A stretch of 64,000 bases of DNA from Phallusia mammillata. Its lineage: Eukaryota. The first letter of the stretch is position 1. Each line of letters begins with the position of its first letter. Location: NCBI GenBank assembly GCA_965637545.1, contig OZ281495.1, forward strand, positions 24,924,001 to 24,988,000. The letters run 5' to 3'. Positions 48,459 to 60,299 of this stretch are shown here, piece by piece. The notes under the pieces were generated by a model that saw only the letters and a program-made list of their open reading frames with translations, made no database searches and was not told the origin of the DNA. The position numbers and the translations under genes are program-made.

Positions 48459-50562
48459 ATTGTTTCAAGTTGTTAAATGTTGAAAGCTATGATGAAAACA
48501 TAAGATTATGACTGTTAGTATGTAACGACTAAGGCCTTACAACTTTGCGTGTTTAGGATTGGATATTAAACGCTCCAGAAATTTGGTCGTTTTGTTTATT
48601 TCGATTCTACTCAGAGCGATCCACGAAAACCAATTTAATGCAGTACGACAGAGAATAATGACTGACTGAATGTAGAAGTGAGGTAGAATGAATGCTCGGC
48701 CTGACTTACTACGTATATATAGTTCTAAACGTAACGTTTGTAATTTTAAATATTTCTTACCAAAGCAATAAAGGAAACACTTCGTACACAATGAGTAGTG
48801 ACCAGGGGAACAAAAGACCGTTACTGCAGTCAATACATAAGCCGTTAGTGGATAAACATTATTTAGGGCGTTGGACAAGATACCAAAAGGACTATTCAAA
48901 TTCAAACGGTTCGTCGCTGAAAAACAACGGCCAAACATTTCACTTGTGGAAATTTAATAAAATCGGCACAAATTAATAAAACTCTATATGAATACGTTAC
49001 AGGTAACTCACTAAAAGGTGGTCACAGAATTGTCGGTTGATAGGACCCAGAAAACAAACATCAGCAGAATGTTACCAACAATCGGTACATTGCATTTAAA
49101 TGTTGTCTTTGTGTTGAAAACAAAACAAATGTACACAAAAACACGTTTTTAGAATGATTATTTTCGAAATGCGTAACTCAACTTTCCAAAAACTAGCAAT
49201 GTCGGTTGCTGTCAACCTTGTAATGTAAACATGTAACAACTACACAAAGCACTTTACTCCATGATAGTTTCACAAAAAAACCAAACCACCACTTGATCAG
49301 TTCATTATAGCAACAAAACCTGCTATCGGCTTATGCCAAGTGTCGTAGATTTTAGCGCAGCATACGCGTACACACAAATCGACAGCACGCCCAAGCTTAC
49401 ATGTGCTTCCTTGCGGCGAACTTCCATTCAAGGGGTTGTTAGCGGGCTGTGGCAGACCGCAGCCGAAACAACAAACGTTAATGGCGTGCACGAGTTATCT
49501 GTGGTTATGCTTGTCCAACAAGGCAGCTTCTTCTACATGCACCGTGTAAAACTTACACACTTCGGTTTTCTTGAAAAAATAGCTTTTTGACAATTTGAGC
49601 TCTTAGTTCACTAAAAAACAGTGTAAATAAACATGCTGGCTTCCGACAACTGAGCTTGTTTGTAGATGGGGATAGAACACTAACGAATGACTTCTTTATC
49701 GCATTTGTGGAATTAGCGACATATGGTTGACCTATATATTTAACAGCTGTTTGCGAACGTTGTATTTGCTTGTCGTCAAACTATCAGCTTTTCATTTGCC
49801 GCTATTTAACTCATTCCGATACCTTCTGTATTGTTATGTATATTCACCACCTTTTTCACCGCTTATATTCACATGCGTTTATACCAAACCAAAAATGGCT
49901 AACTCAAGACCCCCAAAACAGATAATTTTATAAGCTAACACAATCACGGTAATTTGCAGTATCATTTATCAGACTTAAGCCCTAACTCACACAGCAAAAA
50001 ACTTTTGGTATCAGATACATATCTGGGCCTTCATTTTAGGTTCTAACAGGTCTGTGAACCCGAACATTTTTAAGCTCGAAAGTTTAGTTACCCAATAAAC
50101 CAGTTTGGCATAGAAGGCAACATAAAGATCCGCCGGACGTGCGACTGAATGCAACAAATTAATAAACACTTTCCATGCACATGCGCCAAACCAGACACGC
50201 AAAGGCTAACCAAACTTACGAACCTCCAGGACAGCGATGCGCAACCTGCGGCAAGCTAGTCGGGCCAAGTGCGGCCGGTTGAAAAAGGTTGTGCGGCCTG
50301 AGTAGACGTTTTCTGCAGAAGCATTCCAGTCTAGTGCCAGCGAGCGATTTCAATTTGCTATTTGTTTCTTAGCAGATCAACATCAATGCGTTCGTTTCGA
50401 GACCTAACAATGCGACTAAAATCACTTACGAATTTCACAAACAGCTGTTAACTCAATAAAAGCGTGTTTGATGCGCAATAAAGTTAAGTCTACTTGTTTG
50501 GGTGCCTCCACAATATACATTATCCCTTGGATTACTTGGTACATTTTTATCACAGCTTGGCA

Positions 50563-50770
50563 AGGGTGAACGAAGCGATACAAACATGCACTGAGCGATA
50601 TCAAGGTGCACCAAGCGATATAAAGGTGCACAAAGCGATATAAATGTGCACAAAGCGATATAAATGCGCACCAAGCGATATAAATGCGCACCAAGCGATA
50701 TAAAGGTGCACAAAGCGATATAAAGCTATACCATCGATATTAAAGTGGTATTAAGACTCACCAAGCGATC
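50563..50770. repeat. 20-bp minisatellite (AAGCGATATAAA(G/T)G(T/C)GCAC(A/C)), ~8 copies plus decayed ends
   Basis: GCGATA recurs exactly every 20 bp from 50575 to 50715. Confidence 0.9.
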
Positions 50771-51508
50771 CTGTATATTTTAGTGCACCGTACTTCTTTT
50801 ATAATAGTGCGACAAGCCGGCCAATACTGTTAATTGTATTCTGCGCATTATCAATAAACGTTGCACTTCTCTCCTGTGTGGTATAAACTTTACACTATAA
50901 AGTATAATAGAAAAATATACTTTAGCGAGATAAGGTACGGCGTCGCTTAACTAACTAACACTGCACCTACCCTCTTCATTGCAGACAATATATTTGTTGC
51001 TGCCGAATTTCCCTTGCTTTTTCCCTAATGTACATCGGTTAGGTTGCTAAACGTGGAAGTGCGATCAGACTGCAAAACAGGTGGCTTGTGTTGCTGTTTT
51101 GTCTACCTAATTGTTTGCTTTTCGTGTGTGTGTCATCGTGGGTCACTAACAGACAGAGTTCGGGTGCCTAAATGCTGTAGTTAAAAATATAATAGCGCTA
51201 AACGAGTCAAAAACAAAGTGCTGTACCTCTCAGTCAAAATATGTTGGACCCAGTGAACGTTTGACCAGTTAATTAGTGATTTGGCAATTGGTGTACATGC
51301 AATGTTGGTAATTTGTTGCTGAAACACATGCACTGGAGCTGTAAGGCGTCTGCCTTTCCTGTCCTCGACATGGACTAATGGACTCCACAAAAGCTGGTTT
51401 TTAATTTATAGCAGTACACATAGTGTAGAACACAATAGAACGTTCGGAAACTAAAGTCTAGCAACTTACACACACATCAAAATCCCACGTTGGCGTTTAG
51501 GCTTAACT

Positions 51509-51891
51509 TAGGCCTACCATACGTCCTCTTTTTGGAGGACATGTCCTCCTTTTAAACAAAAAGCAAGCTGTCCTCCGAGGACCATAAAAAGTGCCCAAAT
51601 GTCCTCCTTTTTAATTTTTTGATTTACTGAATATCAATGGTGCAGTTATGCCTTTAAAAACAGACCAGAACTACATCTTCACCTTATTTTTTGAAGAAAT
51701 ATGGGTGGATTTTACACAGCACTTTTGTGAAAATATAACCTTAGTTTAGTGTGATTAATGCTAAACTTCATATTGGACCATTTGAGTGCCAAAAAACGTC
51801 TAATATATTTTGCTCTTCTTTTTGCGCCATAAGAAAGCTTTTTTTACAATAATGTGTCCTCCTTTTTGTTGATGGAAATATGGTAGGCCTA
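51509..51891. mobile_element. hAT-type MITE
   Basis: TIR TAGGCCTACCATA / TATGGTAGGCCTA; perfect 8-bp TSD GCTTAACT; repeated TGTCCTCC subterminal motifs. Confidence 0.9.
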
Positions 51892-53605
51892 GCTTAACTA
51901 AATTAGCACACAAGCAAATAAAATTGCTTTTGCTTTCTAAACTTTTTACGCTTCACGTGTGATGTGCTGAAAACAACTTATTATTGCCACCTGCGCCAAA
52001 ATCGCATTCACGTTACGTCACAACCTAAGCTCTTACTGTGATTGTTTCGTAACATGAAGGAAAACTTGTCAAAATAAGTTACAGTTTTAGAAGTCACCGA
52101 AATATCGCCCTTTATTTAAATCGATTTTGCAAACAAATGTTGCAATATATTGAGTGCACTTGCGTTATGTCTGCTGAACAAAACCCGCACTACAAGACGT
52201 TACTACACAATCAATAAACGGATTGTTGCGGGACAAAAACAATAGCGTTTAAGACAGTGTTTCGTAACCTTTTTAGCGCTCGTGCCCTTTAGCATTCATG
52301 AAATTTTCTCGTAACCCCTGTCTACAATGGCCGGCGGAAGTAAAGAAAATTGTAATAATAGGAAGTAAACACAGTGTATTTATAACTTACGTGTTGAATG
52401 CATACATTAAAACAGTCTTGTATGTTCAACTATATTTACAGCACACCAACAACCAGTCAATTCAAATCAGTCAAAGATATATAACAAAGTAACTTGTTGC
52501 GCACTCTTCACAAATATGCCTAAATAGCATATAATTTCACACTGCATGTCGTACCCCCTGCTTGGGTTGCTTCGTACCCCTGGTTAAGAACCCCTGGTTT
52601 AAGACTTTAAGTGGTGATAACCGAGGATCAAAATTCATGAAAATTTTATTAACACTATATCACACAAAATTATTACATCACAATTCAATGCGGCTCGTTA
52701 CATTACTTACAGTAAGATGTATTGTCTTCCTTGTTATATACTTCCACTTATTTGTTTTCCACTAAATCTATTTGTTTACAGATGGCGAACATGGTTATAA
52801 AGTAGCCTAGGTGCCTTGGCCAATAGAGTTGTTATTATTTCAAAAACTTGAAAAATCAAAATTCTTTAGTAAGGTTACAAAACGTCGACACGGGGGATAG
52901 GGTGAGGGGAGTATAAAGTTGATATTATTGTTTTTACTTGTATTCTGTACGTGCATAAAACTCGACTCAAAATACTAAAACACCACCGAAAAAATGACTT
53001 TGAAATATTCCTATGGTGCCCCTTTCTTACAATATGATCACTGTAACTAATAGTTCGTCCATTTGGCAAAAATAGCGAGTTACTCAATATACCCCCTTAT
53101 CATGTTTTAACATCTCCTTAACTGCTTGTTTCTAAGCCCTGGCTTAAAACAAGAGTAAAAACAAAATTAGCAAATAGGCAGCACATGCATGTTTCTTTCA
53201 CTTTAAATCAGTGGCTACCCTCGTCTCAGGTCATGGGCAACCAGTTCATTTAAAATATTGTTCAGAAAGGATTAAAAAGCATCCACAACAAGCATATTGG
53301 CTTGAAATATATTTCTTAATTACACGTTCGGGGAATGATATCAAACAACTGACAACTAACAATAAATAGCCAATAACTTAGCTTTCTTAGTACTGAATAT
53401 TTAAACAGTTACATGCAACTATTTTTTGTTTATCACCAAATATAATTAATTTCCTGTGAGCCACCGAAAAAGTCATCACGGCCCACAGACCACCAGTAAC
53501 TGCGTTAAATCATCATCGCGTCAATTTAGACTATGACTACATGTGTACACTGTGTGTAGGCTATATTAATGTTTAATATCAAGATTTAAACACTGTGAAG
53601 TCCCA

Positions 53606-55153
53606 TTAAAAATTTTCAGCGGCTTTTGACCTAAATACAATCTGACCATTGTTAAACAAAAGCGCGAACGCAGTGCATGCGGTGGATAGCACAGAAGTCG
53701 TCGAGGTAAGGATGAAAGTTAGCCAAAACACCGATGCAAAGCTGCCGATGATGTCTACAATGGTTCCTAAAACGTGGTGGTAAAAGATTTTCAAACGTGA
53801 AAAGTGATCAAACACACAAAAAATGAGAACTTACCTGATAGAACTCCGCTGACCAGCAATGAAACTCCAGAGGCGGCAAAAAACATTGTAATTGCCGTTC
53901 CCCTAATATCCGGAGCAGTATAAAGTGTCATAATTGTCATTGAAGTAGTGGCATTGACACCAAATCCAAAACCATACGCTGCACAGTAAAACACGAGAAA
54001 CGCAAAATTTGAAGTTCTAATAGGAATCAATTGTACGAGGGCCATACACCAAAGACACAAACACATTAAGTGCAAAATGCTTTTGCGTAAAAATGCCGAT
54101 TTTGATATTGCCAGCCCCGAAAAAAAGCTTCCTATAAAATCGCCAACTGAAATAGCGGATAATAACACAGCACTGTTGGATTCGCTGAAACCAAGTTGAA
54201 GTGCATAAGGAACAATATACACATTTGGAAGGTACATCGTAAGACCTTTGACCAAATTTACGAATATAAAACAAAGACCAATCCAGTATTTTCTGAGAAA
54301 CCGAACAATCACACGGTGTTTGAACCGATTTACCAAATCCTTTTTGTAGCCTTTCTCTTGTAAAATGGATTCTGATTCTATCTTTGAACTCTGATCATCT
54401 TTAGTCACTGATATTGGGTGGATCAAAGCTCCAAATACGCAGGCGTTTAGACTGATTGCTCCCAATATAAGAAATGAGCCTCTCCAGCCAAATTCGCCCA
54501 ACAGATATTGGGCTGGATATGGTAACATTACTCCGTACGCCGTGGATCCGCTTAGCCCAATGCCATTAGCTAATGCTGAATTCGTAGAGAAGTATTGTGA
54601 AACCTGTGTCAAGCAGGTAATGGAAGCCAGACCGTAACCAGCACCTAAAAAGTTTGTAAACAATTACTTAAACTAAGATATCAGCCAAATCAATTAGTCT
54701 CACGTACCCATGATAAATCCACAGAAGTACGCCACAAATATGTTTGGTGCAAAAGCGCATATTACCATTCCAGTACATGACATAAGCCCTCCTAGCATTA
54801 CCATCTGTCTTTCGTCAAACCATTTTTTTAAAACTTGGGCAAATAAACCTGTGTGGACCAATAAAGGGAGCAAAGGTTAACAAATACAATCATAGGCCTA
54901 GGCTACTGTTTAAAATTACCTTACCAGAAAATGTAAGCATGCTCATAATGAAGGTTAACAGCCACGATATTGCTGTATTGCTTACACCGAAGTCGTCCCT
55001 CATGTCGTTGAAATATACACCAAGACTTTTCGGAATTCCAAAACCGATTCCCATGTTGTTAAAAGCAGCAAATACAATGAGCCAAGCCCGTCCGCCATTG
55101 GGAGGACGTTCCACACTTTCTATTCCATTTAAAGTTTTGATTTGCAGACCCAT
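53606..55153 (-). CDS. SLC16/MCT-family transporter, paralogue 4 (446 aa)
   Basis: Exons 54925-55153, 54708-54848, 53835-54644, 53606-53766 (229/141/810/161); frame open. Confidence 0.9.
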
Positions 55154-55525
55154 TTTGTCAAAAGTCTTGACAACCTCATAACGTTCTGGTCTGATGTTGC
55201 CTGCTGTGTAGCCCAGATTGATCAAACATTGCAAAATATTTGTTTAAACACCACAGGGGCAAATGTGCAAAGGTTATCTATCCAACGACGATAGAAAAAG
55301 TCCGTCTTTTTAAAAGGAAAAGTTTTTCAACAAAATTTGCCTTATGGGCTACAAAAGTAAACTTCTGTTGGTCATTGCAAATGTACTCTCAAACAATTTG
55401 CTGTAGGTGAATTGGAAACCGTGAAAAGGTTGCTGACGTAATCTTTTAAGCTTACATCTGAAAGCAGAACGAACTGCTGTTGGTTACGTTAAGTGCATGC
55501 TTAGCTTACACCGCTGCAACTGAAT

Positions 55526-55730
55526 GATAGAACCACTAACACTGAACTTGGGGCCCGGTTTGGTAGGTGACGCAACGGAGCATAGGCGTTTATGGTGCTG
55601 ACTCAGCAATCATTCTTACCATAAACCCAAATTGCTGAGTCAGCACCATAAACGCCTATGCTCCGTTGCGCCACCTACCAGAAATTCCCAGACCGGGTCC
55701 CAGCCAAAGCTCAGTGTTAGTAGCTCTACC
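55526..55730. mobile_element. Independent insertion of the foldback Mutator-like MITE, opposite orientation
   Basis: Same arms; the central loop is the reverse complement of that at 41439; different 9-bp TSD CAACTGAAT / CAACTCAAT. Confidence 0.85.
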
Positions 55731-57230
55731 CAACTCAATAACGCCACACTACCAAAATAAATGTTACCAAAGCGGGTTGGTTTTTAATTTAAAAAAGCCA
55801 AAAAAACAGTTGTGGATGAGATAAAAAAAAATTGAATTTGAATTACCAATGCGTTTTGCCACATTTACGCCGTAATTTAAATCTGTTTCACAGTCGATCA
55901 GTTAGGTAAAAAGTATAGGCTAATAAAACACATAAAACTGTTTCTTTCGGGTTGATCATGGAATTACTAACCATTTGTCTGAGGTGGAATTACTAACCAT
56001 TTGTCTGGGGCGCACATAACACTAATGCTTGAAAATTACAATAGTTAACGCGATGTTAGTTTTTGCTTTGTTTGAAAGAGTATGTGCCAGTACGTAGATA
56101 AGCATGATAGACAGCTGTTTTCGCCTCAAAAGTTATGCTCGTAAAATATTCGGCTTCTGCTTAATCGCAAAAAAATATTCGGCAAACCGAATATAACCTA
56201 TTAGGTAAATTAGTTAAAACATGATCCAGTCGAAAAATCGCACGTGAACAATTCCTTAGGTTTGGAACTTGTAATGCAAAAAATGGATTTCTTGGTACAT
56301 GATACCCGGGCACATCTTACATAAACTTACATCTATCCGATCGCACTGGAATTAAATAGGATTGCAGAAAATCTTCAAAACGCTCGTCTCCTCCACGAAG
56401 TCCCTTTTTAGACCCCAATACCTTCTATACAAACACTGTGCACTTGTTTGGGCGCAACATCAGTAACCTATCAATTTTGTTATTTAGTTGACTTAAATTT
56501 TGGAATACGACTTTAGTGTGCGAGAAAAAGTTTGTATCGACCAAGAACTGGTTTTGCACAAATTTTACATTTCTTTTTTTCTGGTTTTTCCAATGCTAAG
56601 TACATTAAAATACAGGCATTTTCCTTTAGAAACCAAACAATTCTAGGCAAAAGTAAAGCTTTTTTGTTAACGCCGATATTACAAAGCACGAAAATATAGA
56701 CACCATCACACACAGTGATTTTAAACAATAGTTCAGTGCGGATATAGATCCATAATAACTACAGTTTGCGTTCCCTGTGTTGGTGTTCAAAAGAAGCCGA
56801 GTTTTTAAGAACATACGTTAATGAAAATCAGTTTCTCGGCAACCACAGTAGCAGCAACAGGAAGCAATATATTGCCTACATCACTACTAATTTCAGGTCA
56901 TGAACCACAGCCCAATTGAAATGATATCGTGTAGCATTCCAGTTACCAGTTAGAAATAAAAAATATTTTGTCACAACAGAACTTAGAAAAGTACATGAAC
57001 GGTTAAAATACATGTCCAGTTGATCACCAAATATAGTGGGCGTCCTGAGGACCAGTCAAAAGGTCATCATAGACAACCGGTGGTCCATGTAGGCTACAAC
57101 CAGTTGAGAACCACAGTATTTGACGTGATTGGGAAACTCGGTAATGTCAATAGCTACCAGCACGAGGCAAGGTGAATGTTAAGCCCGCTTGTACGTGCCA
57201 ACATGCAATAGGTTACAGTTTGACAAAACT

Positions 57231-59991
57231 TTATTGCTTTGCAAACACAATACTTCCTCCGTTGTAAAGATATACCACTGCTGTTAAAACGCTGACTAAT
57301 GAGGCCGTCGTACCAGACAAAAATAAAGTAAACCAAAAAGCAGCTTGAAAAGTTCCGATCCAACTCACAATGACACCTGCAATATATATAATAGTTAAAC
57401 AAGGAACAATACTGGAATGAAACACTACATATGGATCTGTTCATAAGTTTAATGACGAATATAACGTCCCAAGTAGACGAAAAAGCGACACGCTTTGTTA
57501 TTTAAACGTTTCGGCAAATGCTCATGCCATCATCAGTGATATGAGGGGCCACATCAATCAGAGCCGTTCATAACCACTTGAGTCTAATAATAGATTGATA
57601 AAAAGGTGCAACTATATAATAAAGCATCACGCATTTTACGTCTATTTGGGCCATTATATTTGTCCTTAATATTTGGATGAACATAAAACCAACCTGATAA
57701 GGCGCCACTAACGAGCAAAGCAGCACCACTGAAGGCAAAAAACATAGCCTGTGCAGTGGCAACATGTCTAGAGTCGTTATATCTTGCCAATGAGGTAAAA
57801 GACGCCGTGACCAGCACACCGAATGATGAGCCGTACAACAGTGAGTACGCAAGAAGGACGAAAAAGTTCGTATTGGTAATGGCAAGACATTGCACCACCG
57901 TCATTGACCACAAACTCGTACACAATATGTTAAGCAGTCGAGTTTGTAGGCATGTCAATTTTGAGATTAGATAACCCGATGAAACTCGTCCAATGAAGTC
58001 TCCAACAGAAATCATGGAGAGTAAGGTGGTGCCCTGGATTTCGTGTAAGTTTATTTCCAGTGCATAAGGCACGATGTATACGACCGGTGCGTACATGGAA
58101 AGTGAACTAAACATGTTGGATAAAAGAAAGCATAAGCCAAGCCAATACTTCCTTAAAAACGAGGATAAGGAAAACTGTTTAATCCTCGAATTGTTATCTT
58201 CGTTTTTGCTACGATTTTCCTCGATTTCAAAGCTTTCGGGTAGATCTTTCGTGCATGAAATAGGGTGAATCAAAGATCCAAAAACACAAGCGTTGAGATT
58301 TATGGCGCCTAAAATGAGAACAGATCCCCTCCAGCCGTACTCATCCAAAAGGTATTGAACTAAATAGGGATAAATTGTAGAAAAAACAGTCGCTCCGCTT
58401 AGCGAGACCCCAGTTGCAAGCGCAGTCCATGTGGAAAAGTACAAGGCAAGCTGACCCACACACGGTATAGCAGCAATTCCGTTTCCAAAACCTGCGAAAT
58501 AAAAAGCTTACAAAGTGAAAATAACTACTTTTGGTTTTTGAAAAATTTAGTGCTTGACTTAACACAATTAAACAATTGTTCATTGCAAAAATGTAACAGT
58601 CGCACAAACAAAAATGCTGTAACTGGCACATATTTACAAATTTACTGGAAAATAATGGTGCACCCACAATGCAAACATCTTTTAATACTTGATCAATTAC
58701 ATACAAATTCGATCTACAATGTTAATAGGGTATTCTAAATGGCATCTTTGAATTAAATCCACCATTTGCCATTATATGTAACGGAAGCACCAACATCCTT
58801 TTTTGCAAAACGCCTTTTTGATAAAGGCATTTAAGTGTTGTGTAATCATAGGAATATGATTACGTGTGACTGTTAGCGCCTAAGTACATTACAACAGTTG
58901 TTGTGTGCAAACTTGTTTATTTCATTGCATTATTATAAAGTGTTCTTTGGCTCAAATGGGTTGAAAAACACTAGTGTACTGCAGTAATTCTTAAAGTGGT
59001 CCAATTTGCCTACATTGGTTATATAAAGTAAAGGAACGTAGACATGCCTCATCACGCTAATACTCAAAATTGATTTCCTTCTTATTTCGGCGAACAAGGA
59101 TGTTTATGGGACTGTTGTCTGTTCGGTTTATGATACAAGATGCTATAAAACGCAACATGGCGCCGGTTTGGTTTGGAGAAAGCTATTTAATGAAAGCGTC
59201 TTGAATTAGATCCACTTAGATACGGTAGTCCTAATTTAGGGTGATTACAAGGGCTAAAACGAAAGTAATAGCACGTCATTATCATCAATCTGCTGCATGT
59301 AAATGTTTCATCCGAATTGGCAGCAAAAATGAAAAAAAGTTGCCTAATATGTTTGTCTCTCATATCATTGATGATGGCATAAGTATTTGCTGAAACGTTT
59401 GAATGAATAATAAACATGTTGTTCTTTACGCTAATTTTGGCCTTCATTTTACTTAGTAGGCTAAACGTGACTGAACAGATTTGTGTAAAGTATTCAAAAG
59501 GTTGTCTCTTTTACTGATACCTACTTTGCAACTTATGTTTTATATTTCTTGTCCACCTACCTAACAATAAGCCTCCAAAGTACATGACGAAAATGTTAGG
59601 GGCAACTGAACAAATCACCATTCCACTGCAGGACAAAACACCACCGGCCATGACGATCTGCCTTTCATCAAACCACCTCTTGAACACCTGGGCAATAAGA
59701 CCTGAAAAAGAAAAAAAGTTTATGAAACAAAGAATCAAATTTGAATGTAGTTAATCACTTACCAGAAAGGGTAAGGATGCTTAGAACGAAGGTTACAAGC
59801 CAAGATATAGCTGTGTTGCTCACGCCAAATTCGTCCTTCAAATCGTTGAAATAAATTCCCATACTTTTAGGAAACCCATATCCGATTCCCATGTTAAAAA
59901 ACGTGGTAACAACAAGGACCCACCCCCAACCACCGTTAGGCGGATGTTTAACTTCTGTGACTCCATTTAAGGTCTTGATGCGCAGACCCAT
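57231..59991 (-). CDS. SLC16/MCT-family transporter, paralogue 5 (437 aa, most divergent)
   Basis: Exons 59763-59991, 59561-59701, 57694-58491, 57231-57376 (229/141/798/146); PPNGGWGWVLVV motif. Confidence 0.9.
57422..57545 (-). ncRNA. Putative hammerhead-like repeat, copy 2 (last intron of paralogue 5, sense)
   Basis: Reverse complement reads CTGATGATGGCATGAGCATTTGCCGAAACGTT (57505-57536), identical to the copy-1 core. Confidence 0.5.
59360..59480 (+). repeat. Degenerate third copy of the hammerhead-like repeat (intron 2 of paralogue 5, antisense)
   Basis: TTGATGATGGCATAAGTATTTGCTGAAACGTT at 59368-59399, with a C->T change in the core. Confidence 0.5.
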
Positions 59992-60299
59992 TTTCCCCAA
60001 CAACCGAACCGGACAAAACCGTAATCTGTTTGTGTTGGGAGTTGGTATTTGGTCTATTCTGCGTAAAATCAGTAAAAGCTAACAAACAAAAGTTAGCTTC
60101 GGTATCAAGCAATCTTGATGTGGGTGGTGTCAATATACAATCACTTTTATCAGTTTTATTGCATTTTTGTTTTAAATAATTAAGTCTTTATTCACTCAAA
60201 CAATCCACGTTATTGTAAGACACTGAAAAATAATGAAAAAATTGACGACAAAAAATGCGCCCTAAAAACGAAATTGGCAATGACTTTTGAGAAAAAAAA

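Noticed and set aside
49297-49590. GC-richer island with 64-85-aa ORFs on both strands
   Set aside because: No recognisable motif or splice partners. It could be regulatory or a TE relic but is unsupported.
50563-50770. CRISPR-like appearance of the 20-bp array (and of the ~150-bp array at 16094-16580)
   Set aside because: Units are contiguous with no unique spacers, there are no cas genes, and the context is eukaryotic.
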